DNA of 64,000 nucleotides. Source: Octopus bimaculoides (lineage: Eukaryota). The DNA lies in NCBI RefSeq assembly GCF_001194135.2, contig NC_068989.1, positions 48,556,041 to 48,620,040 of the forward strand. The letters run 5' to 3'. Position numbers and translations under genes: made by a program. Numbering within the stretch: position 1 is the stretch's first letter; each line of letters begins with the position of its first letter. The notes beneath the pieces were generated by a model, which searched no databases, had not been told where the DNA came from, and saw only the letters and a list, made by a program, of their open reading frames with translations. Shown piece by piece: positions 12,001 through 25,833 of this stretch.

Positions 12001-13893
12001 CACCAACAATAATGTATTTATCTGCAAGAGGGTTTAAAAAAAAAAAAGAGAGAATAAATTATAAATTATTACAGTAATGTCTGAGAGAATATCTGCAGGG
12101 CATTTATGGTTTCTTTCCAAAGTTAGGATGTAGGGTTCTAGCAGGACTAAAACTGCCATAACTATAAATTTCGCTGCTAAAATCTTGAACAGACTTTCTA
12201 CTCTGCTGAGTTACTGTACAAGTTTAGTATAATGCCAAAGTGGTTGAAGCCCATCCATTTCAAGTCAATTTGTCAAACTAGAAAGATGGAGGTATTTTAC
12301 AAGGAGCGTAAGAGACCGAAAGTCCTTCATCATTTTTGCTAGTTGAATGGACTGGTACAATGTGACATAGAGTGTATTCCTCAAGAACAATGCATCAACC
12401 AGTCCAGGAATTGAAACCACAATCTCATAATCATGAGTGCAACACTCTAACCACTGAGCCATATGCCCAGAAACTGAATAATTATCACTGCTCAATCTAA
12501 TCTATACAATGAACAACTATTTTCTTACAAACTGTCAGTTAATTTAATTCGCTAGAGCATGATGTAAATTAGTGTTATGATAAGTAGTATTTTACAAGCG
12601 TTGTAAGAGACAACAATTTAAGGCCCAAAACTTTTTTCCATAATATCAGCACTTATTCATTTCTGCTGATGCTCTGCTACATTTTTCGTGGAAAGTTATA
12701 GGAGAGAATTGGATCTAATTATCGTCCATGGAACTCTCTGTGGATATGAGTTTGGGAACTAGTACAAACTCATGAGACAGAAATCAGGTACTTTATTCTT
12801 TATTAGTGCTCTGATTCTTCCTGACTAATTCTTTATTTTTAAAATGGGGATTGGATCTTTCAAATCTGAAATCGTAAGATAGCTTATCCCATAAAGTGGA
12901 TATGATGACCATATACAGAATTGTTCATTAAACCTTTAACGTTTAACTGACCATATCTGGCCCAGATGTTCTATCTGTTTTATGTTCAAACTGGCCAGAT
13001 CTGACCTCTCAATTATCCAACAATGGTATTCTAAAGATAAACAATCACATCATCAAAATTCCAAATCTGTGAATAAATCTGAGAATAAATGACCATTACA
13101 TTTAATGATTTAATAGTCATTTCTTCTAAACACAAAATGAGCCTCTAAGTAGTTGTTGCTCCACTAGCTAGAAATAGAGCACATCTCTCACAAAACATTA
13201 CAGCCTATCATCTTAAACAAAACAAGACATTAGATAATGTGGCCCTAAATATATTGTCTAAAAAATTTTTAAAGAGAGATGGTCACAGTTGGAAAGCTGA
13301 TTGTAAACAAGCGCAAATAGAAGATTAGGGGTGGGGGTTAAACAACAAGAGCAACAACAACCTGAACACAAAAGAAGAAAAAATCTTAAAACAACAACAG
13401 ACCTTTCTCATACTTTCCTCGGATCACCCCAATAATATTACTAATATCTCTTCTTGATCTTTGGTTGTTTACTGTTAAGTTCACAATCCTGCAATAAAAC
13501 AACAAGAATGCTAAACCAGAAACAAGAAAACAGTGTTTATAAATATAAATATATTTTAAATTAAATCCAATACAAGGAAAATAGGGATGGAAACATCCAA
13601 TCTTTCACTGGCTCAACTGTTTAATACCCAATTTAATAGAGAAAAACTTTACAATTCACATGGGTATATATTACATTTATAAAAATGAAACGAAAATGGA
13701 GATATGCAGCTGTCAATTCAAAAATTAAAATTTATTAACATATATCATATCATATTCTTATAATAATATAATATAATAAATAATAAACATTAAATACAAA
13801 TTACATACAATTGTTTCGATTCTTACCCATAATAAATGTGTCTGTCTGTCTATGTAGTATGTATGTATGCATCTATCTATCTGTCTGTCTGTC

Positions 13894-13935
<42 letters not shown>

Positions 13936-16900
13936 TTAATATTTCACCGGAGCATTGCAATACTAATAACCTGTTAGAGACCTAAGTGTAAGTATGCTTC
14001 TGAATGAAGTATTAGTTGAGTACAGATTGGTAATAAGAAAAAGATGACAAAGGAATAAGGTAATTGTTTATTCCTTTGTCATTTATATATGTTGGCACAC
14101 TGTTGGTTATGATGACAAGGGTTCTAGTTGATCTGGTCAACAGAACAGCCTGCTTATGAATTTAATGTGCAAGTGGCTGAGCAAACCACAAACACGACAT
14201 GTGTACCCTTAACATTGTTCTCAGGGAGATTCAACGTGACACAAAATGTGATAAAGCAGACCCTTTGAAATACCAGTATTACACATTTTTGCCAGCTGAG
14301 TGGACTGGAGCAACATGAAATAAAGTTTTTTGCTCAAGTGACACAACGCGCCACTGAGAATTGATCTCATGACTTTACAATCATGAGCTGAATACCCTAA
14401 CTACTAAACCACATGCCTTTGGACTTGGTGGCAGCAGATCAGTTGAGGCAACTGGTGCAGGTGGAAACATACCCTCATGTTTGGCTAGAAAAACATGATA
14501 CAGAGCAAACATCCACTATGATGTTTTAAGGATAAACACCAAATTAGCAGGCAATGCAAAGTTTTGAGGACCCATTAAACATTTTGCTAATCTATTACAG
14601 TCTTATTCAGTCTCAGTTGTCTTATCTTTATTCTGCAACTGGGGATATTGTTCTTGAACAAGAGAGTGAGTCTGACATGTGCACAGCTCCACTTCACTTT
14701 AAAAAAAAAAAACTTGTGTTAGTCTGTAATATGCATATGCATGCGCGCGCGCACACACACACAGCTTAAGTTCTGAATTTACACACTTGCTCAAACAGCA
14801 GCTTAATGCAGTGTCATGAATTGTTCCATTGTCAATGATGGCATTGTAGCCTCTTATTTCATTGGCTAAAGCAGACCATGTTAATTGCCCATAAGAATGC
14901 TCATTTCTTGCAGTAAAGAAACATTTGTCATATAGGGACACAAATTTACTTGGTTTGGTATTGGAAATCTTGTAGCCGAATTTAGGTAAATTAGAGGTAA
15001 TTAACATAAAAAGCTAATTCCATACACACACACACTATATTCATACATATACACATAAATACATATATGCATTGTTTCACATCTGCTTTATTTTTCCATG
15101 CTAAGAAGAGTTAATCAGCCTATCGGCTCTACAAATATAAATATATAAACATGATATATTAAGACAGATATTATTGAAGTCAAATGGTCTGACTAGTGCT
15201 AATAAGTTCAACTGTGATTTATAAATGGTGGCATTTATTGTTTCAATGAAGCAAACAGTACTTTGCTTTACTGCACAATATTCTGGTTGCAACATAAAAT
15301 CTATGTTTTCTGAAATATCTGAAACTCAAACCAAGAAACTAATCAATAATTCATTGAAAACTCTACAAACCTGTTGTTTCTAGGTTCTGTATAACCAGGC
15401 CCAGTACTGTAAGAGATGTTAAGTCCTCCAAGCCAATGTGCTCCCAAATTGTTGCCCGTCAGATCCCTACAGACAAAAATAAAATGAAATATTGTAATAA
15501 AATATAGGAAATCAAACATCATATGAAACTTTCTCAAGCACTCGTCTTTCTCTCCCTCCCTCACACTACCACTGGGGTATTTTATACAGGACACACACAT
15601 ACATGCATTTGATGATGTGAAGAACTTATTAGTTGATCATGAAATAATTAATTTCTAAAGTCTTAATTAAATATATATATATATAAACAAGAGGAAAAGT
15701 GCCAATAATAAATGACTTTTTGTCTTCATTTGGTAAATATGTAAATGGTGAATATATAGAGATTTAATGTTACTCAGAATCTGCTAGTAAGAATATGAAG
15801 GTATGCATTATTGTTGCTATTGGGTATTCATCTGAGGATGGTAAATATGGGTAACAGGATTTTTGTACAGGTTTTATTCAGCCCCTTCATATACTGACGT
15901 TTTAGGGCCTCTACTAGATCTGTCTACTTTATAACATCATCAACTTTTCAACATCCACATTTTCATGCTTGCTTAGTTCAGACAGAGTCTTTGAGGCAAA
16001 TTTTCTGTAGTCAGATGTTTTTCCAGTAACCAACTCTTGCCTATTTCCAAGTAAAGTAATATCAATCTAAGGACCTTCTTTCGATAAAAGACTGCAAATA
16101 AATGACACTACTTGTATGAAGGTGAATATTATTTACAACTATAATGTGATGCCAAGACAAGGATGCACAAACACACACACATTTACATTTAAATATATAT
16201 ATATATTGAGTTATCCCATAAATAATGCAGTTTTTTTTAAACTTCTTTTATTTTTCAAAACTAAGATAAACAAAGTTTTTTTTTAATCTAAAATATACTC
16301 TCTTTCATTTTCTACAATGCTCTTCCATCTCTCTGGTAGACTTGCAAGGCCCCTCTTCTAAAATTCACTTCTCTGTGATGAAAAATACTCCTCCAGTACT
16401 GTTCTGACCTCGTCTAAAGAGTTCATATTTTTTCCATCAAAATGATTTTGAAGACTGCAGAATAAATGACAATCAGATGGGGCAATGTCTGGCGAATATG
16501 GTAGGTGGGGCATCGTTTCCCATTCAAACTGCTCCAGCATTTGGAATGTCGTCCTCACTATATCTGGCCGAACAACTTTCATCTTGAAACCAAAGATGGT
16601 TGTTTTCCTTCTAGCACTGACTTGAATGACCAAATCCAGTTTCTCTGCTAGTTCCTCAACAGTTATGATGGGATTTTGTTCCACGAGGGTTTGCAGGATG
16701 TCCTTGTTGAGCTCTACAGATCTTCCAGGGTGACACTTGTTTTCTAGGCTGTACTTTCCGGCTCAGAGTTTCTGGAACCACTGTTGACACTGGCTTACAC
16801 TTATTGTCCAATCTCCATATACTGTATTCCTTGCACTTTCCATTGTGTTGTAGAAACTCCATAAGATGTACCCAGTGTAAGCTATGGACATATAAGAGGT

Positions 16901-18192
16901 GCAGCAATATCAAAGGAAGGCTAACTGGGAAGATAGTTTTTGTGTGTGGAAAATGCTCAGGAGCTATAAACACTGAAAATGTGCAGAGAACAGCTTCTGT
17001 CACATTCCAGGGGAAAAAAAAAACTACAAGTAGTTGATAGCTTCTGTTACCTAGGTAACCAAGTCAGTAGTGGGGTTGGATGCTCTGAAAGTGTAACTGC
17101 TAGAATAAGAATAACCCGGGCAAAGTTCAGAGAGTTCCTATCTCTGCTGGTGACAAAGGGCCTCTCGCTCAGAGTAAAAGGTAGACTGTATGATGCATAT
17201 GTGCAAACAACCATGCTACATGGCAGTGAAACATAGGCCGTGACTGCTGAGGACATGCGTAAGCTTGCAAGGAATGAAGTCAGTATGCTCCGCTGGATGT
17301 GTAATGTCAGTGTGCATACACGATAAAGAGTGTAAGTGCCCTGAGAGAAAAGTTGGACTTAAGAAGCATCAGATGTGGTGTACAAGAGAGACGACTGTGC
17401 TGGTATGGTCACGTGTTACGAATGGATGAGGATAGCTGTGTGAAAATGTGTCACACCCTAGCAGTTGAGGAAACCTGTGGAATAGGTAGATCCAGGAAGA
17501 CCTGGGATGAGGTGGTGAAGCACAACCTTCCAGCATTGAGCCTCACCGAGGCAATGAAAAGTGACCGAGACCTTTGGAGATATGCTGTGCTTGAGAAGAC
17601 CTGGCAAGCCAAGTGAGACCATAACTGTGGCCTATGCCAGTGCTGTATAACCAGTTCATTTAAGAGCACCCTTCAATCATTGGACAATAAACTACGTTTG
17701 CGAAGACCTGTTGAGGCAAGTGAAATCGTTGTCATGGCTGATGACAGTACCACCTGATTGGCAGTGGAACGTTAAAAGCACCATTCGAGCGTGATCGTTG
17801 CCAGTGCTGCCAGACTAGCTCCTGTGCAGGTGGCACGTAAAAAGCACCATTTGAGTGTGTCTGATGCCAGTACTACCTGAATGGCTCTCATGCCGGTGGC
17901 ACGTAAAAGCATCCACTACACTGTCAGAGTGGTTGGCGTTAGGAAGGGTGTCCAGCTGTAGAAATTTTGCCAGATCAGATTGGGGTCTGGTGCAGCCTTC
18001 TGGCTTGCCAGCCCTCAGTCAAACCATCCAACCCATGCCAGCATGGAAAGCGGACATTAAACGACGACGATGATGATGATACACATTACAGTACCTTAAA
18101 TTTGAAACTTCCTTCAAATATACCTAAAGAGTGTGTTACAGCTGACATTTACAACCTTTACCTAATAGTTTTAAAAGCTTTAGAGTGTATAC

Positions 18193-18257
<65 letters not shown>

Positions 18258-19546
18258 CATGTATATATATATACATGTACACACACATACATATATATAC
18301 CTTCACACAACACACACACACATATATATATATGTATGTATATTACAACTGTTATAATAAGAGACATATAATAACTTAATAGCTTGTATGTATAGATACG
18401 TTCACTTCCACTGTTACAAGGTCACAAATGAACAGTAAAACCTGCAATTCAGCCTAAAGATATAACTGAATTTAAAGAACACAAATTAGACTTTAAGTAA
18501 CTCTAAATGCTATACAATTTAAATAGCTTACTGAAATATTCACAGCTTTATTTCCTGATTACAGAACTTATTTGCTGATTTTTAAAGACGTATACCATCT
18601 CATAAAAATTTTACTAACTCCTTTAGAGATTTCATCTGAATACAAAAGTTTGACAGATGTGGTTGTGGAGTAAGAAGTTTGCTTCTCAGATACATGGATC
18701 TAGGTTCAGTCCTGCTGCATGGCACCAAGAACAAGTGTCTTCTACTATACCCTCAAGCCAATCAAAGCCTTGTGAGTGGATGTGGTAGACAGAAACTGAA
18801 AGAAAACCATCATATATATGTGTCTATGTGTGCGTGTGTCCCTCATCACCACTTCACAGCCAGTGTCGGTGTGTTTATGTCTCCCACTAAGTAGTTTGGC
18901 AAAGGAGACCAACAGAGTAAGTGCTAGGCTTAAAAAAAAGTACTGGAGATCAGTCATTGGACTAAAATTTCTTCAAGGTGGTGCCCCAGCATGATCACAG
19001 TCTAATAATTGAAACAAGTAAAAGATAAGTGGTAAAAGATAACAGCTTAATTTTAAATCAATGCTAATTAAAAGAAAAAAAAAAAAAAGCATTGATTTGG
19101 AATTGAAACCACACCATTTTCATATCAGAGAGGAAATGTTATACTCTATCCATCTACCTAGATATACATGCAAAATAGCTAATAAACAATGTGATGGCAA
19201 GCATTTGACTGTGTGTACAGCTGTAACTGTCCATCCATCTAGATGTGCACACTGTAACTGCCTGCTGTGGATTGATTCTTTGCTGCTATTACTAACTTAG
19301 GACATAAAACTGTGAAACTGTAAATCTTGATATGTGTCTGTGTGTGTGCATGTGCACCCACATATAAAGACACAGAACATATATAAAAAGTGAGATATAT
19401 ATAATCATAAAAGTAGCATGAGGAAGGTGGGAAGAGAAAGTTGGAAGGAGAATTGGTCAAATAGAATTAAAACTTAAAAAAGAAGATAGAGGAAAATAAA
19501 GATGAAGCATCAAGGTTAGTTATGGAACATGAGAGAAATGAATAAA

Positions 19547-19577
<31 letters not shown>

Positions 19578-19912
19578 AGAACTAAAAATTCAGTGACAGC
19601 TTTTCTTAGATATGTCAATGACAGCATCTCTTAGATGTATGAAAAGGAAAGATGCAAATAATCTCTCTGTAATGTTCATAATAAAATGTGATTGATAAAA
19701 TAAGAATTGGTCAATAAGATGATTGAGTTTATTCACCTGACTACCCCCCCCCGCCATCCCACTCTCCTTTACATAACAAGCCTTGTGAGTAGATGCATAT
19801 ATATAGTTGTGTGTGAATAAGTATATATTTATAAATGGAAATATATACTGCTAGAAAGACATACATTATCAGGTACAAAGAAATATCCAGACTTGGGGTA
19901 ATAATTGGGATA

Positions 19913-19963
<51 letters not shown>

Positions 19964-20677
19964 GCTGCTGCTCCCCCCCCCTGCTAATAACAACAAGAGC
20001 AATCCTTTCTACTATAGGCACAAGGCCCAAAATTTGAGGGGAGGGGACTAGTTGGTCACATTGGCCCCACTGCTCAACTGCTACTTATTTCATTGATTCC
20101 CAAGAGGATGAAAGGAAAGGTCAACCTCAGCGGAATTTGAACTCGGAACGTAAAGGCAGACGAAATGCCACTAAGCATTTTGCCCAGTATACTAATGGTT
20201 CTGCCAGCCTTGTTGTCTTAATAATAATAATAATCCTTTCTATTAAAGACACAAAACCTGAAATTTTGGGAGCAGGAACAAGTTGATTATATCAACCCCA
20301 GTGTTTCACCAGTACTTGATTTATTGATCCCGAAAGAATGAAAGGCAAAGTCAACCTTGGTGGAGCTTGAACTCAAAATGTAAAGACTGTGGGCATGTTT
20401 TGAGGAATTTTAGTTAAACTAATCAAACCTAGTAATTATTTTCTTTTAAAGCCTGGTACTTATTCTATCAGTCCCTTTTGCCAAACTGCTAAGTTATTGG
20501 GATGTAAACATTTCAATACAGGTTGTCAAGTGGTGGTGGTGGGAAACACATGCACACACATATGATAAACTTCTTCCAGTTTCTGTCTACCTAATCCACT
20601 CATAAGGCTTTGGTCAACCTGAGGTTATTGTAGAAGACACTTGCCCAAGGTGCCATGCAGTGGGAATGAACCCAGAA

Positions 20678-20718
<41 letters not shown>

Positions 20719-21107
20719 GGGATAAAATCCAAAATTACAGGTAAAAACTCAATTAAAATCAATTTATATGTGACAGTGGATTTTCATTGATGAGTTCATG
20801 AACCTTGGTTCTTTTCCCTAATATATATATATATANNNNNNNNNNNNNNNNNNNNNNNNNNNNNNNNNNNNNNNNNNNNNNNNNNNNNNNNNNNNNNNNN
20901 NNNNNNNNNNNNNNNNNNNNNNNNNNNNNNNNNNNNNNNNNNNNNNNNNNNNNNNNNNNNNNNNNNNNNNNNNNNNNNNNNNNNNNNNNNNNNNNNNNNN
21001 NNNNNNNNNNNNNNNNNNNNNNNNNNNNNNNNNNNNNNNNNNNNNNNNNNNNNNNNNNNNNNNNNNNNNNNNNNNNNNNNNNNNNNNNNNNNNNNNNNNN
21101 NNNNNNN

Positions 21108-21152
<45 letters not shown>

Positions 21153-24100
21153 TGTACATTCATTTCAAACTTAGAAGCAATTTTTTCCTTGCTTTCTTGT
21201 ACTATTGCTCCCATATATAAGATTGTTCATACAATTATATCCATTCTGCTTATGCACTCTTAAACATATGTAGGTGATGTTGATTGAAATTATCATTCTG
21301 TACAGTCTTGTATAATTTTATAAAGATTTCACAACTCTAATACACAAATGAGAGATAAAAGCTCAAACATACACAATAATTTTATACAACCATCATCCTA
21401 TAGATAATTTATAGGCTTCTCTTTAGATTTCTTTAATTATTACTCTGTATATGCCCCTTCTTACATTTAATAATTTTATATAGCACCAAATTGAATTAAT
21501 GCATACTTTAAAATACAATCCAGTTTATATCTTTTAATTTATTTATTTAAATAGACATGAGTAATTTATAAATTTTGAGGTTTCCATAAGCATGTTTTTA
21601 TGCCCATTTTATAAATATTTCCCTTCAGTCTAATTTCCCATACATGTATGATTGCAGTTATATTACCTCCCCATCATTAGCTTTTAGCTTTGTTCATTTA
21701 ATCTAATTATTGTAAAGTAAGTTTATTTATTTTTCATTAAAATTCACATTACTTATTTATACCTGAGGCTTCTAACAGCTTTCAGTAATTTAATAGTTCT
21801 TATTAGCTAATAGAATATTAAAAGACTTGAAGTTTTCATTTACAAAACATTTATTTCAACTTGTAATTCTAATCTACCACTAACCACAAATGAATTTCTT
21901 AAGGAGACTTTAAAAATATAAACTTATAATAGGTATGTACTTCTATCAATATATCTCAGCTTTAAAGTGGCAAGGTAGCAGAATTGTCAGCACGCTGGGC
22001 AGAATGCTTAGTGGCATTTCGTCCATCTTACATTCTAAGTTCAAATTCCACTGAGGTTGACTTTGCTTTTATCCTTTCGAGTACTGGGGTTGATGTAAAA
22101 GACTTGCTGGCCATGTGCCAAAATTTGAAACTAATATGTTATGTTTTTGGGGGTTTGAATATCTCGTTGCCAATAATATTATGACAATGTTGGGATGTGC
22201 ACAAGGGTGTAGAATAGTATTACCCAAATGAATATTTGGATATGGTTATTTAGAATAACCTTTTGCAGAATTAATATATTTGCTCAGAATGTACTCTGTG
22301 CTATGCCAAACATAGTTATGATATTAAACTAACAGGGCAATCCAATATGATTAATCAACACTGTCAACTGCTCACTGTCATCAACTGTTGACTGTCATCT
22401 CTGACATTGAAATGTATCAGTCCACTTTTAGTTAGGTGGGGATGGTCAGGATCCTTTCACAATATAATATATATGTTAGCTTAGATTGTTTGACCATGCT
22501 GCTCGATTTTCTGAATTGGATCCTGTGTATTGTGTTTTCTTCTCTGAGGATCTGGCAGTGGTGACAACTCATGTTGATTGGCCACAACTGATGAGTAAGA
22601 ATCTTGCAGAGAAAGGGACTGACTGGGACAGTGCACAGAGAGTTACTCTGAATGAACTGACCAGATACTGACCAATAGTGGATACAGCAATGCACTGCAA
22701 TGGCACATGCCCCTATACCTGATCTGATCTAATAACAATGCAAACATTTAAATCATGATAGTTACCATGAGAGAAACTCTCATATTGGCTTCTGGGGTGT
22801 ATAAAAACACCATTATTTACATAGCTAGTGGGAGATAAACCACCTGCAATCCCCATTGCTACCACCAAGACTACCAGATTAAAGTACTTATATGAACCGG
22901 AAGGTAATATGAGAGATTCTCTCCTAGCAATTATCATAGTATTTTATGTTCTAACACAACACCCACACTTAAGTGGGGACAAATATTACCTGTTGGCATT
23001 AATACTGCTTCTGTCACTAATAAATATTTAAAAAAAAATAAAATCATTGTTAAAGTCAGTCCATTTACAAGCTACCCAGAATTATACTAAGTTACTGTTT
23101 TTATCTAACCTTAGAACGATCATTCCCCAATAAACATTCTCATCACTTTTTTTCTTTATATCACTCTCTCTCTCTAAACCTTCCCTTCCACCTGCCCATC
23201 TTCTGACCTACATGTTTAACTTTGTAGCTTTTAAACTGGTCATATCTGGCTCAAATATTTTACTGCTCTTATGTTCAAACCATCTAGATCTAGTTTCTCA
23301 CATCTACCCTGCAATGGCATTCTCAAAAAAAATAATTACATCATCAAAATCTCAAAGTTATAAGAAAGAATATGATAAATTAAGAACAATGTGAATAAAT
23401 AAGCATTACATTTGATAGAATAATCTGAATGTCAAAGGGTTAATTTGTTTCTTGCTCTTTAGACATTTATTTAGTTTACTATCTCAAATAAAATATAAAT
23501 TCCTTTCATTGAGAGTTTTCAACAAATTGTAATAAGTGTAGGCATGGCTGTATTGTTAAGATGTTAACTTTCAAACACATGGATTCAAGTTCAGTTTTAT
23601 TGCTTGGCACTTTGGGCAAGTGCCTTCAACTATATCCCTTGGCTGAACAAAGTCTTGTGAGTGGATTTGGCAGACAGAAAACTGAAAGAAGCTTGTCGTA
23701 TATATTTGTGTGTATGTTTGTGCCTGTGTTTGACAACTGGTGCTGTTTGCATTGCTGTAACAGTGGTTTAGCAAAAGAAAGTGATACAAGAAGGGCCAGA
23801 CTAAAAGAAATATGTAATGGAGGTTTGATCCATTTGACTAAAACCCATCAAGGCAGTGCCCCAGCATGGCTGCAGTCCACTAACAGAAACAAGTAAAAGA
23901 TATAGATGTTTTCGATCTAGTTTGGATTCTTTGCTATCAAATTTGAATTCTTTGCAATCAAATTTGATGGCAAAGAATCCAAACTAGATTGAAAACATCT
24001 ATAAAAGATATAGGGTGTGTGTGCATGCATGTTTGTGCCTCCTTGTCTTGACATCACATGATAGTTGTAAATGAGTATCACTGCCATATAAGCAGCATCA

Positions 24101-25791
24101 ATCATTTCCAATATTCTGCAAAAGTACATCTAGCTATGGAGAAATATTACCTTGCTTAGAAACAGGTGATGGTTGGTGACATGAAGAGCATCCAGCCAAA
24201 GAAAATCTGCCTCAATACACTCCATCAGACCCATGCATGTATGGAAAGGAGGACGTTAAAATGATGACCATGATGTAAAACCCATCATACACACCTGATT
24301 TTTATGATAAGGATTTCCTCCTTATTCATAAAAACAAGCTGGCAAAGGTTTTATCACTGACTGAACAAGCCGATATATGAAACTTGAAGTTTTGGCCAAC
24401 TTAAATTTTCATGATAAATATGACTTGACTCTACTCTTAGTTTACAGTCACACCATCAGCAAATGTTCCCTTTTTATTCTTAAATGGGTTTTAAAATAAT
24501 AATCTCACTCTAACACTTACAAGTTACAAGTAATTATATACAGTTCTGTTGTTAGTTGGCTTTGAAAAGGCACTGAAATTTTCTGGCTTCTTTAAACTGA
24601 GAGCAGAACAGATAAAACAGAGCATAGGATAAATCAATATCAAACTAGAAAACAATTGATGACCTGTTAGGCTTCACACACAAATGATTTAGAGTTTTCA
24701 TAAAAGAACAAATGTTTAACACAATAACATCAAATTGTATATAAACAAATCAGGCACAGGCATGACTGTCTCATTATGAAATTTGCTTTCCAATTACATG
24801 GTTTCAAGTTCAGTTCCATTGTATGACACTTTGGGCATATGTTTTCTACTATAGCTCAGGGCCAACCAAAGCCTTGTGAATGGATCTGGTACCTGGAAAC
24901 TGAAAGAAGCTCATTGTATTTGTATGTATATGCATGTGTGCATATGTGTGTTTGTGTTACTTTGTCGTGACATCACATGATAGAAGTAAAGGAGTATCAT
25001 TGTCATACAAATGGTGTTTCTGTGAAAAGTAAAGGGTTGGTGACAAGAAGGGTATCTAGTCATAGAAAACCTGCCTCAATGAATTCCATCTGAGGCAAGG
25101 AAGTATGGAAAAGTGGAAGATGATGATGTATATAATCAAATAAGACTAAATCAGAAAGAACAAAAATATCATAAAACTATTGACTTTCTTGCACTTTATC
25201 ATACTTTATACTTAAAAACTTGAAAGAAAGGTAGACTGGCAAATATATCACATGCATGATATGTGTAAAATGTAATCCAGAGTCTGATAGAATTGTGAAT
25301 TATCTGTTTATTAGAAAGACTAACTCTAAAAGTTCTTGTATGAAAATAGAGAATTTAAAAGAATTTTGTCGCTCAACATAAAAGCATTCCTCAAAGTCCT
25401 TCTGTTGTTTAAGTACCATTAATATTCTTCCAAATCAGATTAACAGGGTTTTATAGTCAACTTTAATTTATTTTGAAATTTGCCTTAGGAAATTACTCAT
25501 TTCCTTTCCCTGAGATCTACCTGTGTGACCATTCAACCTTGTTTATCAGTACAGATTTATTTATAGGTTGGGAAAAAGAAAAGGTCAAAATATTCCATTC
25601 CTACTTGATATCCAATGAAGATAAAAGGAACAGAATTCTTCAAGCATTGGATCATGTATCACTGATATTTCAAAGACCTATTTCGGTGTTTACCACTTTT
25701 TCTCTCTCTCTCACATTCATTCATACACATCCTTATATGCACCTATTTATACATTCACACACATATATGTCCATATGTACATATGTATCAT

Positions 25792-25833
<42 letters not shown>

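Noticed and set aside
14699-15007. 102-aa minus-strand ORF between exons D and E
   Set aside because: No M28 similarity; exons D and E already join in frame with GCPII-like spacing.
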